64,000 bases of DNA, from contig CAWJQQ010000001.1 of NCBI GenBank assembly GCA_963845065.1, positions 1,056,001 through 1,120,000 of the forward strand. The letters are read 5' to 3'. A program made the position numbers and the translations under genes. The notes below the pieces were generated by a model, which did not search any database, had not been told where the DNA came from, and worked only from the letters and a program-made list of their open reading frames with translations. How positions within the stretch are numbered: the stretch's first letter is position 1; every line of letters begins with the position of its first letter. The DNA comes from Nitrospirota bacterium (GTDB lineage Bacteria > Nitrospirota > UBA9217). Shown piece after piece: positions 20,730 through 32,283 of this stretch.

Positions 20730-22589
20730 ATGATCAAGAAGATTGTTACAGGTGCGGCAATGTCGCTGGCTGCACTGTTGATCTACGGTATATCAACTGC
20801 CATAGCCGACGTACAAATGAACGAAGTCGTAGTTACGGCTACAAAGACGGAACAAAAGCCGCAGGATTTGACGCAGTCCGTTACAGTGATCACGGCTGAC
20901 GACATTAGAAAATCAGGCGCAACTAACGTGGGCGACGTCATCAGCACGACTGCTGGGGCGACGGTGACCGATTATGGGCCGCTCGGAGCACTTCAATCCC
21001 TTGAACTCCGTGGCTCTACGTATCAGCAGGTCCTGGTGCTTCTGGACGGAATGCGTTTGAATTCAGGAAGTGCTGGAGGGTACGATCTGTCCGAACTTCC
21101 AGTCCCTCTCGATTCAATCGAGCGGATAGAGATCGTCCGTGGTCCGGCCTCTGCGCTGTACGGCTCCGATGCAATGGGAGGCGTCGTGAACATCATTACG
21201 AAAAAGCCCGCAAAGCAGGCCACTACAATCAGTGGCGCTCACGGAGCCGACGGATATTCTTTAGCATCGCTCTATAATTCCGGAAAAGGCGGGAACACAT
21301 ATTATTCACTATCCTACAGCAACGAACACTCTAACGGATTCCACCATTTGAATAATAATGATAACCAGTACAATGCTGGTATTAAGCTAGGTTACGATTT
21401 CGATGCAACATCGTCGATTGAGGCTTCGGCTGATTTTCTAACAAAAGATATTGGCGTGCCCGGTTCAGACCAGCTTCTATCACCACTTGCCCGTCAAGTC
21501 AACCGCGTACTCGTTACGGGCGTACAATATAAAGATCGGCTGTCCAAAACATTCGATTTCAACGCACGAGTCTATCAAACTGAAGAACATCTCGGTTATT
21601 CAGATCCTGATACTGCTACGAACGATTTCAGCACAGACCGGAGCACGACTTCTGGAGTTGAAGCGCAAGTGAACTGGCTTATGGGTTCATTCTCTGTGCT
21701 GACAATCGGAGCGGAAGGGCGAAATGACAACCTATTAGACAGCTCTGCAGGCACTCATGATGCATCACTAACAGCAGAATATATCCAGGATGAGATCAAC
21801 CTTGGCGACTCATTCATTCTTATTTTGGGTGACCGGTACGATAAACATTCCGCGTATGGAGACAAATGGAGCCCCAAGGCAAGTGCTCGATATCTCAATG
21901 CCGGAAGTGGCACTATTATCAGAGCATCGATTGGAAACAGTTTTAGAGCTCCTACCTTAAATGATCTCTATTTCATCGACGAATTCGGTGATCATGGGAA
22001 CCCTAATCTCCGGCCCGAATCCGCTGTGGAATATGAGGGAGGGATTGAACAACCATTAGGAGCCGGGAACTCGATTAAATTTACTGCATTCAATCGCAGG
22101 GTAAGTGATCTCATCACATGGGAGCCAATCAGCCCAGGTTCTTTTACATATACGCCGACGAACATCGGAAGGGCGCGAATCAGCGGGACGGAAACTGAAC
22201 TGCATTTTGTTGTTTCTCAAATACTGTCAGGAAATATTAATTATACGCTTACGTTTCCCGTCGACGAAACTACCAATGATAGAATTTTCTCTGACGCCTC
22301 CCACATTCCCGCCCAGCGACTCGGGGGCACTTTATGGTTAGCTCTGGACTCGAAGACCTCACTCTCTCTCAGTGGACAGAGCGTGAGAAACTACGTTGAA
22401 CCGGGTACTCCGAAATGGGATTATTATGCCCTGGATGGGAAAATAACCGATTCAGTTGTTTCACAAAAAAATATAAAGATCCAGGTATATATTGGTCTTA
22501 AAAACATATTCAATCGTCAATATGAAACCGTGCAGGGCTACCCCATGCCGCCACAAGAATTTTACGGAGGGATTACGGCTTCGTTCTAA
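20730..22589 (+). CDS. btuB: TonB-dependent cobalamin receptor
   Basis: Signal peptide, EVVVTA TonB box, IERIEIVRGPASALYGSDAMGGVVNIIT plug, terminal Phe; B12 riboswitch upstream. Confidence 0.9.
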   Translation: MIKKIVTGAAMSLAALLIYGISTAIADVQMNEVVVTATKTEQKPQDLTQSVTVITADDIRKSGATNVGDVISTTAGATVTDYGPLGALQSLELRGSTYQQVLVLLDGMRLNSGSAGGYDLSELPVPLDSIERIEIVRGPASALYGSDAMGGVVNIITKKPAKQATTISGAHGADGYSLASLYNSGKGGNTYYSLSYSNEHSNGFHHLNNNDNQYNAGIKLGYDFDATSSIEASADFLTKDIGVPGSDQLLSPLARQVNRVLVTGVQYKDRLSKTFDFNARVYQTEEHLGYSDPDTATNDFSTDRSTTSGVEAQVNWLMGSFSVLTIGAEGRNDNLLDSSAGTHDASLTAEYIQDEINLGDSFILILGDRYDKHSAYGDKWSPKASARYLNAGSGTIIRASIGNSFRAPTLNDLYFIDEFGDHGNPNLRPESAVEYEGGIEQPLGAGNSIKFTAFNRRVSDLITWEPISPGSFTYTPTNIGRARISGTETELHFVVSQILSGNINYTLTFPVDETTNDRIFSDASHIPAQRLGGTLWLALDSKTSLSLSGQSVRNYVEPGTPKWDYYALDGKITDSVVSQKNIKIQVYIGLKNIFNRQYETVQGYPMPPQEFYGGITASF

Positions 22590-22712
22590 GCTGCAGAATA
22601 AACCATTCGCAGACGGTGGGAGAGGGTGGATCGATGGGTGTATGATATTATGATGATTCAACCAATAACTGTTTCAGGTAACCCAGATTAGTCTCTTTTG
22701 TATTATTTATCT

Positions 22713-23408
22713 ATGACGATACGACAAGCATTTTATATCTCTATCGCCGCGCACATTATGGTTTTTGGAAGCGCGTTTGCAGTCGCTCTATACGGGAGAG
22801 GACTGTTCATGGCATCTGGCGACACGATAATGGTCGCTTTGGTTTCTCCAGGGCCAATCTCCGGCAACGGGACGGGAGCCGTTTCCAGTCACAAACTTGC
22901 CTCGACACCGATAACGAATCAAGTTGACGAACTGATGAACGAGAAGCCAATTAAGCCGAGAACGAACCAAGTTGACGCAGCGAAGAACGAGAAGGTTACT
23001 GATGTGCACGCGGAACAAGAAATGACATCAATGCGGCTATCTGGCCAGACAGCAAATAACGCAGATTTCGGTATAGATGCATCTGGATTATCTCCAACAA
23101 CCTTAGGCGGCGGAAATAGCATATCAGCACAATTCGGGGGCATATCACCGGAGGAATGGGCAAACCTTGCAGCAGCCATAGAGCGGACGAAAAACTATCC
23201 ACGCCTGGCGAGAGAACGCGGCATTGAAGGTGTGGTACGAGTGCGGTTCAGGCTAACTTCTTCAGGTACTGTTGAGAAGATTGAGATCGTCAAAAGTTCA
23301 GGATCCGAAATTCTGGACAACGCATCGATCAGTACAGTGTATCGCGCAGCGCCCATGCCCCATGTAAGCGGGTGGGTAGAAATGCCGATGAAATACGTTT
23401 TAAAGTGA
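22713..23408 (+). CDS. tonB: Energy transducer TonB
   Basis: N-terminal anchor SxxxH; YPRLARERGIEGVV..SSGSEILD C-terminal domain. Confidence 0.88.
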   Translation: MTIRQAFYISIAAHIMVFGSAFAVALYGRGLFMASGDTIMVALVSPGPISGNGTGAVSSHKLASTPITNQVDELMNEKPIKPRTNQVDAAKNEKVTDVHAEQEMTSMRLSGQTANNADFGIDASGLSPTTLGGGNSISAQFGGISPEEWANLAAAIERTKNYPRLARERGIEGVVRVRFRLTSSGTVEKIEIVKSSGSEILDNASISTVYRAAPMPHVSGWVEMPMKYVLK

Positions 23409-23438
23409 TGATAAAGATCTTTGATTACGGTGAACGGC

Positions 23439-23633
23439 ATGAATGTCAAAACAGTAAAATGCTTGATCTGCAAAAAAGAAACGATATGGGATGACAACCC
23501 TTTCAGGCCATTTTGCTCCGAGCGCTGCAGACAGCTTGACCTGGGGAAATGGATTTTAGAGGACTACCGAATTCCCGGCGAGAAAAAGGATGTTCCTGAT
23601 AGCGGTGGTGAAGAAAAAAATAAATCAGAATAG
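23439..23633 (+). CDS. yacG: DNA gyrase inhibitor YacG
   Basis: CLIC...RPFCSERC..DLGKW..E.YRIP. Confidence 0.92.
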   Translation: MNVKTVKCLICKKETIWDDNPFRPFCSERCRQLDLGKWILEDYRIPGEKKDVPDSGGEEKNKSE

Positions 23634-23806
23634 TAGATAATTTTTTTAAAATATATTACAATGATTAAGGTATGCTGATAACAAGCAAAGTCCCTTTGAT
23701 TTGGGTAACGTAACGTTGATTTTGCTTTGCATAGAAGTTATCCGTACGATAACGGGGATTGAGATATTATGAAACGGGCGTAGTTGCGGATGGGAGGCAG
23801 CGTAGA

Positions 23807-25168
23807 ATGGACATCCGGTGTGGAAAATGTAACAAGCTCTTCCGTGTCGCTGATGAAAAAATCACGGGCAGGGGTATCAAATTCTCCTGCACACAGTGCG
23901 GCGATACCGTAAAAATCACCAGAGAAGACTTAAATACCTATACGTTATCAAAAACGGCCGTTACTGTACTTGACATGTTCGAGCCGAAACCTAAACTAGA
24001 TGCTTCTTCAATTTTAGAACCGACCAACGCAAAATCAACAAAAAAGACATCGGGCAGTGATGCCGTAGATACCCATGCGCCTCTTCCCGCGCCGCAGGAT
24101 TTAGGTCAATCGTCTTCCTCCATCCCTGATTTTTTACAGGAAAGAGAAGCACACGGATTTTCAGAGCCTAACCCATTTGAAGATCTACCCATCGGGGATG
24201 CGCCACAACCAGAACAGAAATCGCTGAATGAAATCGGGCTAGCTATTACAATTCCAGTTGGGCTGGGGTCGGAGCAGGAAACCGGTGCACCGATTGAGTC
24301 AGAGGAGAAGAAAGAACCGGAGTACCACCCGGAACCAGCTATAGAACCGAAACCTCAGCAGACAATTCCATCAGAGCCTGAGCAAATACAAGATGAGGAG
24401 CACAAGATTACATCTGCTATTGATCTTGTACCCTTCCAGAAACCAAATCCGAAGTCAGAACCTAAATCAGAAGAAACGGTGACACAACTTCATGAGCCCG
24501 AGGCGAGGTCAGCCATTCAATCTAAGTCAGCTCCAACACCTACTGAGGTCTCACCTGCAATGCTAAAAGAGGAAGCTGTGGGTACGGTGATGGAACAAAT
24601 CGGTCATGAAACTTTCCAAACAAAACCCTCCCATACAGGCAGGATGGTGCTTATTCTAATGGCCGCCATCATTTTGCTCGGAGTTGTAGGGTATGGTGTA
24701 TATAAGTTCATGTTGCCTTCCATACAGAATGCAGGCCAGCCTGCGACAGAAATGACTTCAATCGACGGGTTAAGTATCGTCAACCCTTCGGGTTCGGTAG
24801 AACCAAATGGCGATCTGCTGATTACCGGCTCAGTTGAGAATTTAACGGACAAAGATCGATCCGCCTGGTATGTCATCGTCGACGTATATGATGCTAAGGG
24901 TAATGTATTGAATAAAATCAGGTTGTTGAACGGAAAACAAATATACTCTCGTGCAGACTACGATGTTTTATCAAAACGAGGTGTAAATGTTGCGGAGCTT
25001 AAAGCTAAAATTCTTCAAAGTCAAGGCGTCGTCATACCAGCGAAGGGGAGCGTTTCTTTCGAAATGCGCTATATACAGCCTCCTATTGGCATAGCAAGCT
25101 TCAATGCTGTGTTGCAGCCTTTTGATCCTATTCGTCTGTTTAAGGAAATTGCAAAAGAAACAAAGTAG
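23807..25168 (+). CDS. Zinc-ribbon (MJ0042-type) membrane protein with Pro/Glu-rich linker and extracytoplasmic C-domain
   Basis: CGKC..CTQC N-terminus, low-complexity linker, single TM, ITGSVEN..VYDAKG domain; GGAGG RBS. Confidence 0.8.
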   Translation: MDIRCGKCNKLFRVADEKITGRGIKFSCTQCGDTVKITREDLNTYTLSKTAVTVLDMFEPKPKLDASSILEPTNAKSTKKTSGSDAVDTHAPLPAPQDLGQSSSSIPDFLQEREAHGFSEPNPFEDLPIGDAPQPEQKSLNEIGLAITIPVGLGSEQETGAPIESEEKKEPEYHPEPAIEPKPQQTIPSEPEQIQDEEHKITSAIDLVPFQKPNPKSEPKSEETVTQLHEPEARSAIQSKSAPTPTEVSPAMLKEEAVGTVMEQIGHETFQTKPSHTGRMVLILMAAIILLGVVGYGVYKFMLPSIQNAGQPATEMTSIDGLSIVNPSGSVEPNGDLLITGSVENLTDKDRSAWYVIVDVYDAKGNVLNKIRLLNGKQIYSRADYDVLSKRGVNVAELKAKILQSQGVVIPAKGSVSFEMRYIQPPIGIASFNAVLQPFDPIRLFKEIAKETK

Positions 25169-25772
25169 CCAACCATGAAGTCCTCACTATTCTGACAATT
25201 TATCCGGACCGACGCCAACCTCAATTTTGTCCATCACTCTATGTGAATTTCATCTGAAAAAATGGCGTGCCATCCCAATGCTTAAGACCGTTCTAGCCTA
25301 TAACCCGTTTGTATTAATGAACGGTTTCATTATCGTAAACGCATACCTCATTGATCTGTTTTTCGGTACCCCTATTGGTTGTCGCACCCATGCGTGCAAT
25401 CGGCCTGCTTATACAAGGATTCGAGTCAGTTCTCAGACGGAGCGCCAGGACGATACGTATCGCAAAGATTGCCGGAGTTGTGCTGGTTCTACTGATTGTA
25501 TCCTTGTTTATTTCATCTCCCAAGGCGTCATCCTTATCACCTATCATATCTCGCTATAATCTAAACTTTATTGTTTCTGTGCTGATTGCATATACAACGT
25601 TGGATGCAAAGGCTCTGGCTGATGCAGCGCGAACGGTGTGTAGGAAGTTCGATGAAGATGATATCTCTTCAGCGCGTTATGCGTTCCGAATTTTTTGCAA
25701 GTCCGCAAGCCCCTGGCTTTGGACATGGGGACAGGAGTTGCATTATACAGCTTTATGTTGTATAATAGCCTT

Positions 25773-26174
25773 GTGGTTGATAAAATATATAAGTCCAATA
25801 ACAATGTGGTTTACAGCTGTAAATACCATGTCGTATGGTGTCCTAAATACCGGAAAAACGTTTTAACGGGGGGTATTGTTGGGCGGTTGAAGGCAATTAT
25901 ACGGGATGTGGCTTCTAAGAGAATGGCAGAGATCATCGAGATGGAGATACTGCCGGATCATGTGCATCTACTCGTAGAAGTTGGTCCACAGTACGGCATT
26001 CATCGATTGATCAAACAGATAAAGGGCAGGAGTTCAAAGCTTCTTCGCTCTGAGTTCAAGGTTCTTCGTACTCGGATCCCTACATTGTGGACCAATAGCT
26101 ATTTTGTTTCTACCGTTGGCGGTGCGCCATTAGCTGTTATCAAACAATACATTGAAAACCAGAAGGAGGTTTAA
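25773..26174 (+). CDS. tnpA: IS200-type Y1 HUH transposase
   Basis: YHVVWCPKYR, DHVH, KGRSS, LWTNSYF, YIENQ. Confidence 0.96.
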   Translation: MVDKIYKSNNNVVYSCKYHVVWCPKYRKNVLTGGIVGRLKAIIRDVASKRMAEIIEMEILPDHVHLLVEVGPQYGIHRLIKQIKGRSSKLLRSEFKVLRTRIPTLWTNSYFVSTVGGAPLAVIKQYIENQKEV

Positions 26175-26176
26175 TC

Positions 26177-27697
26177 ATGGCAAAGAACGCAACAACAGCA
26201 TCATTTATCCATGAATTGCCTCTTCTGGCCAGCATATTCCAGGAGAAGGTGCTGCTTACACGCATGGACATGGCCCGACAGCTTTATAATGCCTGCCTTA
26301 GCGAATCACTTCGGAGATTGGATCTAATGCGGGAATCCAGACAATATCAAGGTGCCCGTGCTATCCCCTATAAAGACAAGACAAAGCGTTCGGAATCGTT
26401 TAAAGCAGTAAATGAGAAATTCGGTTTCTCCGCATTCAGCCTTCACAAGTTCTCTGTTGACACTAAGAATGCCTGCCACATAGGAGAACATCTGGATGTC
26501 CATACGGTCCAAAAGATCGCTTCCCGGGCGTTTGATGCTGTCCAGAAATATGCTTTCAGGAAAAGAGGCAGGCCAAGGTTCAAAGGCAAACACCAACGTG
26601 TAAGCGTAGAGTCCAAAAGTAACGCTGCAGGTATCCGGTTTAGGACAGACGGAAAACAAAGCCGTATAGAGTGGAGCGGATTGAAACTTCTCTGTATATT
26701 CGACAAGAAGGACAAGCACGGTGTTCAGGCCCATGCCCTTTCCTGCCGCACGAAGTACGTGAGACTGGTCTGTAGGCGGATGCGCGGCAAGAACTACTTC
26801 TATGCCCAGCTGGTACAAGAAGGGCAGCCGAAGCATAAGATCAAAAACAAAATATCCAAAGGCAAAGTTGGCATGGACATCGGGCCGTCAACCTACGCGC
26901 TTTGCAACTCAGACCATGCCGATCTCCAACAGTTCTGCAAAGAACTTGGTCCGATAGAGAAGGCAATCAAGCTTTTGCAACGGATGCTCGATAGGTCACG
27001 AAGGACATCAAATCCAGGGAATTACAATGCTAACGGAACGGTAAGAAAAGGCGCAAAAGCCTGGGTCAAGTCTAAGAACTATCAGGCTGTCAAAACCGTA
27101 TTATCCGAACTTTATCGGAGGCAGGCGGCACACAGGAAGTCGCTACATGGTAAACTCGCCAATGAGGTTTTGGCACTAGGAAACAACGTCAATCTGGAAA
27201 CACTGAGCTACAAATCATTACAGCGTAATTTTGGTAAAAGTATAGGTTTAAGAGCTCCGGGAATGTTCGTTACGATGCTTACTCGCAAGGCTGAGAGTGC
27301 CGGCGGTAACGTGAACGAACTGCCTACTCAAAAACTCAAGCTTTCACAGACCTGCCACTGCGGGGAAGTAAAGAAGAAGCATCTCTCGCAGCGGCAGCAT
27401 GTTTGTGAATGCGGAGTAGCGGCCCAAAGGGACCTCTATTCAGCATGCCTTGCATATCATGTTAAAGATGGAGTTCTCGATACAGCCGGGGCAGCAACGT
27501 CCTGGCCGGGTGCGGAACCGCTCCTTAAACAGGCGGTATCGAGATTGTTTCAACAATCTGCGATTGCGAGGAGTGCTTTTCCTCAAAGCTTCGGCCTTAA
27601 ACAAAGAATTCGTTTAGACCAGAGACAGAGCGGATCGTCTGTGAAAGAAAGCCATACCAAAATCAATGTCCGGGAAGTTGTAACTGCGGGCAGTTAA
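26177..27697 (+). CDS. tnpB: TnpB RNA-guided endonuclease (506 aa)
   Basis: RuvC D (GMDIGP), E (NLETL), D (QRDLYSA); CHC/CEC zinc finger; follows tnpA. Confidence 0.93.
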   Translation: MAKNATTASFIHELPLLASIFQEKVLLTRMDMARQLYNACLSESLRRLDLMRESRQYQGARAIPYKDKTKRSESFKAVNEKFGFSAFSLHKFSVDTKNACHIGEHLDVHTVQKIASRAFDAVQKYAFRKRGRPRFKGKHQRVSVESKSNAAGIRFRTDGKQSRIEWSGLKLLCIFDKKDKHGVQAHALSCRTKYVRLVCRRMRGKNYFYAQLVQEGQPKHKIKNKISKGKVGMDIGPSTYALCNSDHADLQQFCKELGPIEKAIKLLQRMLDRSRRTSNPGNYNANGTVRKGAKAWVKSKNYQAVKTVLSELYRRQAAHRKSLHGKLANEVLALGNNVNLETLSYKSLQRNFGKSIGLRAPGMFVTMLTRKAESAGGNVNELPTQKLKLSQTCHCGEVKKKHLSQRQHVCECGVAAQRDLYSACLAYHVKDGVLDTAGAATSWPGAEPLLKQAVSRLFQQSAIARSAFPQSFGLKQRIRLDQRQSGSSVKESHTKINVREVVTAGS

Positions 27698-27822
27698 CGC
27701 TGTGAAAGGTTGTAGCGGCTGGCCCTTGCAGTCGTGAGAGCCCGGAAGAGAGAATGGATAAGGTTTTCAGAACCCCCTGGCTTCAGCCATGGGGAGGTTC
27801 AGAAAGTCAATTTTACACCGGC
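27580..27822 (+). ncRNA. Predicted TnpB omegaRNA/reRNA (scaffold to 27802, then flank-derived guide)
   Basis: Noncoding 27704-27802 nearly identical to 47030-47128; similarity stops right after TCAG; 5' limit uncertain. Confidence 0.65.
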
Positions 27823-28223
27823 TAAGATTACGGCCATTCTTATCTGTCTCTCAACAGCTGCTACTCGCAGGCTTTAGCCTGAGGTCACCTCATGCATGTT
27901 TCTCTTCCGAACAAGGTCTGAGCGTCGGATAGGGAATTCTGGATTCTACAGACCTCGCGAATCATGATTCTCAATCGAAAAAAAACTATACGAGTCCGAA
28001 CTGCAGCTATCCTGAAACTGCCATGGCAGGTGGGCTGGATATACGCCTTGGTGGGCCGAGTACTTATGCAGGACAGTTAAGCTTGAAGCCCTTCATTGGA
28101 GATGTAAGTTGTCCGATCACTAAAAAACATATTGAAAAGTCTGTTCAGTTACTGTATTCTGCTACCCTATTTGTTGTGTTGATAACAGTGAGGGTATACT
28201 ATTTCTTATAACCTAAATTTTGC

Positions 28224-28251
28224 TTGACAAAATCTGTAGCTGTGCTATAAA
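28224..28251 (+). promoter_or_regulatory. Sigma70 promoter of metK
   Basis: TTGACA-N16-TATAAA with extended -10 TG. Confidence 0.6.
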
Positions 28252-28291
28252 AACAAAATTTTTATGGTCATAAAGGCCGGAAGGAGACTAG

Positions 28292-29449
28292 ATGAACAGC
28301 TGCAACAGGAATTACCTTTTTACCTCGGAATCGGTTACTGAGGGGCATCCAGACAAAATAGCCGACCAGATTTCTGATGCAGTCCTTGATGCCTTGTTGA
28401 AGGTGGATCCCATGAGTCGGGTAGCATGCGAGACGCTCCTGACCACCGGTCTTGCCATGGTTGCAGGTGAGATCACCACTAAGGGTTATGTGGAAATTCC
28501 CGATATCGTCCGGCAGACTATAAAAGAGATCGGATACATCCGGGCAAAATACGGGTTCGACGCGGAGACCTGTGCTGTTATTACGTCTGTTCACTCACAA
28601 TCTCCTGATATCGCAATGGGTGTGGACACTGGTGGTGCCGGGGACCAAGGCCTTATGTTCGGTTATGCCTGTGATGAGACCCCTGAACTAATGCCTATGA
28701 CGATCATGCTGGCGCACAAACTTACGCGTCAGCTTTCGGAAGTGCGAAAAAAAGAGATACTTCCCTATCTCAGACCTGATGGGAAGTCCCAGGTGACCAT
28801 TGAATATCGGGACGGGAAACCTTTCAGGCTTCATACGATCGTGGTCTCCAGCCAGCACAGTCCCGATATCGACCTCAAAGACCTGCGCAGGGACATCATA
28901 GAGAAGGTGATTTTGCCGGTTTTGCCGAAGCACCTCCTCGACGAAAAGTCCATTGTGTACCACATCAACCCCACGGGCAGGTTCGTGACCGGCGGTCCTA
29001 TGGGCGATACGGGTCTCACGGGCCGTAAGATCATAGTAGATACCTATGGCGGTGTGGGCAGCCATGGCGGCGGCTGCTTCTCTGGAAAAGATCCGACGAA
29101 AGTGGACCGTTCGGCATCGTATATGGCGCGCTATGTGGCCAAGAACATCGTGGCAGCTGGCATAGCCTCCGAGTGCGAGGTACAGCTCGCTTATGCCATC
29201 GGTGTGCCGGAACCTGTTTCCATCCATGTTGACGATTTCGGCACCGGCCAAGTCCCCTATGAGAAACTTATCCAGATCATCAGGAAAAACTTCGATATGA
29301 CGCCCAAAGGCATCATGACCACTCTGGACCTTCGTCGTCCGATCTACAAAAAAACCGCAGCATACGGCCACTTCGGCAGGACCGAGCCGGAGTTTACCTG
29401 GGAGCATACAAACAAGGCTGCAACGCTCAAGAAGGATGCAGGCCTGTAA
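28292..29449 (+). CDS. metK: S-adenosylmethionine synthetase
   Basis: [40 protein letters not shown]. Confidence 0.99.
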   Translation: MNSCNRNYLFTSESVTEGHPDKIADQISDAVLDALLKVDPMSRVACETLLTTGLAMVAGEITTKGYVEIPDIVRQTIKEIGYIRAKYGFDAETCAVITSVHSQSPDIAMGVDTGGAGDQGLMFGYACDETPELMPMTIMLAHKLTRQLSEVRKKEILPYLRPDGKSQVTIEYRDGKPFRLHTIVVSSQHSPDIDLKDLRRDIIEKVILPVLPKHLLDEKSIVYHINPTGRFVTGGPMGDTGLTGRKIIVDTYGGVGSHGGGCFSGKDPTKVDRSASYMARYVAKNIVAAGIASECEVQLAYAIGVPEPVSIHVDDFGTGQVPYEKLIQIIRKNFDMTPKGIMTTLDLRRPIYKKTAAYGHFGRTEPEFTWEHTNKAATLKKDAGL

Positions 29450-29544
29450 AGCTTAAAAAAATCCAGAGAGTTAAGAAATCGATCAGGGGAAAGAGTCAAG
29501 CCCCACCGCTTCATTCTCTAAACATAATTTTTTAAGGAGACTAG

Positions 29545-30801
<1,257 letters not shown>

Positions 30802-31005
30802 TCGCTTTCTAAATAGAGATTGCAGAATGCGGAATGTAGGATGGCGTGTGATAGCCTCCCATTCCGCATTTTTTATAGTCCACGTCATAAAAATCTTGGT
30901 CTTTTCTTAGCGAGGATAGAAGTCGCTGCTGGCGAGGTGACCAGACAAGTGTTGTATTGGTAATAGGGGAATAAATATTCATTTTCCTGATATATTAAAC
31001 AAAGT

Positions 31006-31400
31006 ATGGCTGAGCCTGCTAAAGAATCTGATTGTAATAAAACGACCACCGTCGGTAAAGCATTAGTAATTGGCGGCAGCACCGCCTTTTTGATTGGGCT
31101 GCTTGGTTTTTCTGCAACAAAGCTCCGGAGTACCGCTTTTGGCATTTCAAAGAAATCTGGAAAACCAATAACAGGATACCCACCTATTCGGACCACGAAA
31201 GCGACATAAACAAGTGTATCCCCCTCTGGTATTGCAGGCGACATTTACAAAGCGCCCCGGAAGTACTAGAAGTGCTTTGGCAGTCGTATAAATCAATCAT
31301 TTGGTAAAGGTGCAGAGAAGGTGGGGACCCCGACGCATGGTTTCTTTCAGTAAGAAAGGTGATAATCAAGCCGAACTGCCTGGTTCCAAGTCCTGAATCC
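31006..31400 (+). pseudogene. Decayed N-terminal TnpB fragment
   Basis: Homologous to 56836-56500 (TTT.VGKA..LLGFSATK..STA; QSA..VLE.LWQSYKS); frameshifted. Confidence 0.7.
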
Positions 31401-31422
31401 ACAATCCCGATTTCATAATTGC

Positions 31423-32283
31423 ATGGCAAATTATCTTAAAATCATAGTCGCTATGCTCATCTGGAGCACTTGGGGGCCGATGATCCGATGGCTTGCGCTG
31501 CCACCTACCGTCGTTCTTTTTTATACGTCGTTGGTCGCCAGCTTTACTGTCCCAGCCGTTCTTGCGGTCCGAGGAGAACTGCAGTTAGGAGGGATTTGGA
31601 AATACTGGTGGATTTTCGGTCTTCTCACAATCTCCTCAATAACAAACAATATTTCGTATTTTTATGCACTGGGCCACACGACGGTTTCGAATGCCGTCTT
31701 TACTCATTATACGGCGCCGCTCTTCGTAGCTCTTCTCGCGCCGTTCATTCTCTCTGAGCATTTGCAGAAAGTAACTCTTCTGTCGCTCCCTATTGCCGCG
31801 CTTGGTATGACCCTAATCGTTATGACGGGCGGTGGGCTCAACATCGGAGGCGCGCATTCAGCAGGCATCATCGCTGGTACGCTTTCAGGAGTGGCATATG
31901 CATTCATTATAATTTTTTCGCGTCAGCTGAGCCGGCAATTAATGCATCACAGGGCTGTAGTTTTGTTGCTCTGGGGCACTACCCTTGTTATGGCGCCCCT
32001 TGTCTTCCTTACGGATTATCATCTTGACTATCATCAGGTGCAGTTACTGTTCCTTACGGGAGTGTTTCATTCAACGATTGCTCCATTGCTATATTACCAT
32101 GCGCTCAGAAAGGTTTTAGCTCAGCACGCCGCTATACTTGGATATATGGAGCCTCTTGCCGCGATACCCATGGCATATTTGCTTCTGTCGGAAACGCCTT
32201 CTATCTTCGCGCTTTGCGGAGGCGTACTTATTCTTTTTTCCGGTTACCTCATCATTCACGCGCGTCTCAGCAGCAGCTCGTGA
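31423..32283 (+). CDS. DMT/EamA family transporter
   Basis: About 10 TM segments; HYTAPLFV, LSEH, YMEPL, LLSETP. Confidence 0.9.
   Translation: MANYLKIIVAMLIWSTWGPMIRWLALPPTVVLFYTSLVASFTVPAVLAVRGELQLGGIWKYWWIFGLLTISSITNNISYFYALGHTTVSNAVFTHYTAPLFVALLAPFILSEHLQKVTLLSLPIAALGMTLIVMTGGGLNIGGAHSAGIIAGTLSGVAYAFIIIFSRQLSRQLMHHRAVVLLLWGTTLVMAPLVFLTDYHLDYHQVQLLFLTGVFHSTIAPLLYYHALRKVLAQHAAILGYMEPLAAIPMAYLLLSETPSIFALCGGVLILFSGYLIIHARLSSSS

Larger units (their letters stand above)
25697..27802 (+). mobile_element. IS200/IS605-family element (tnpA+tnpB); left boundary approximate
   Basis: LE hairpin CCCCTGGCTTTGGACATGGGG; RE hairpin CCCCTGGCTTCAGCCATGGGG ending TCAG. Confidence 0.92.
25317..28211 (+). 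pseudogene. cbiB: Adenosylcobinamide-phosphate synthase CbiB/CobD, frameshifted and split by an IS605 element
   Basis: Fragments AYLIDLFFG.P / WLSHP.RAIG / DISSARYA before the element; VNFTPAKITAIL and SPNCSYPETAMAGGLDIRLGGP..KPFIGD after it; central VGRDT..NTLDSM part not seen. Confidence 0.85.

Noticed and set aside
29450..29544. SAM/SAH riboswitch near metK-ahcY
   Set aside because: No recognisable aptamer consensus in either leader
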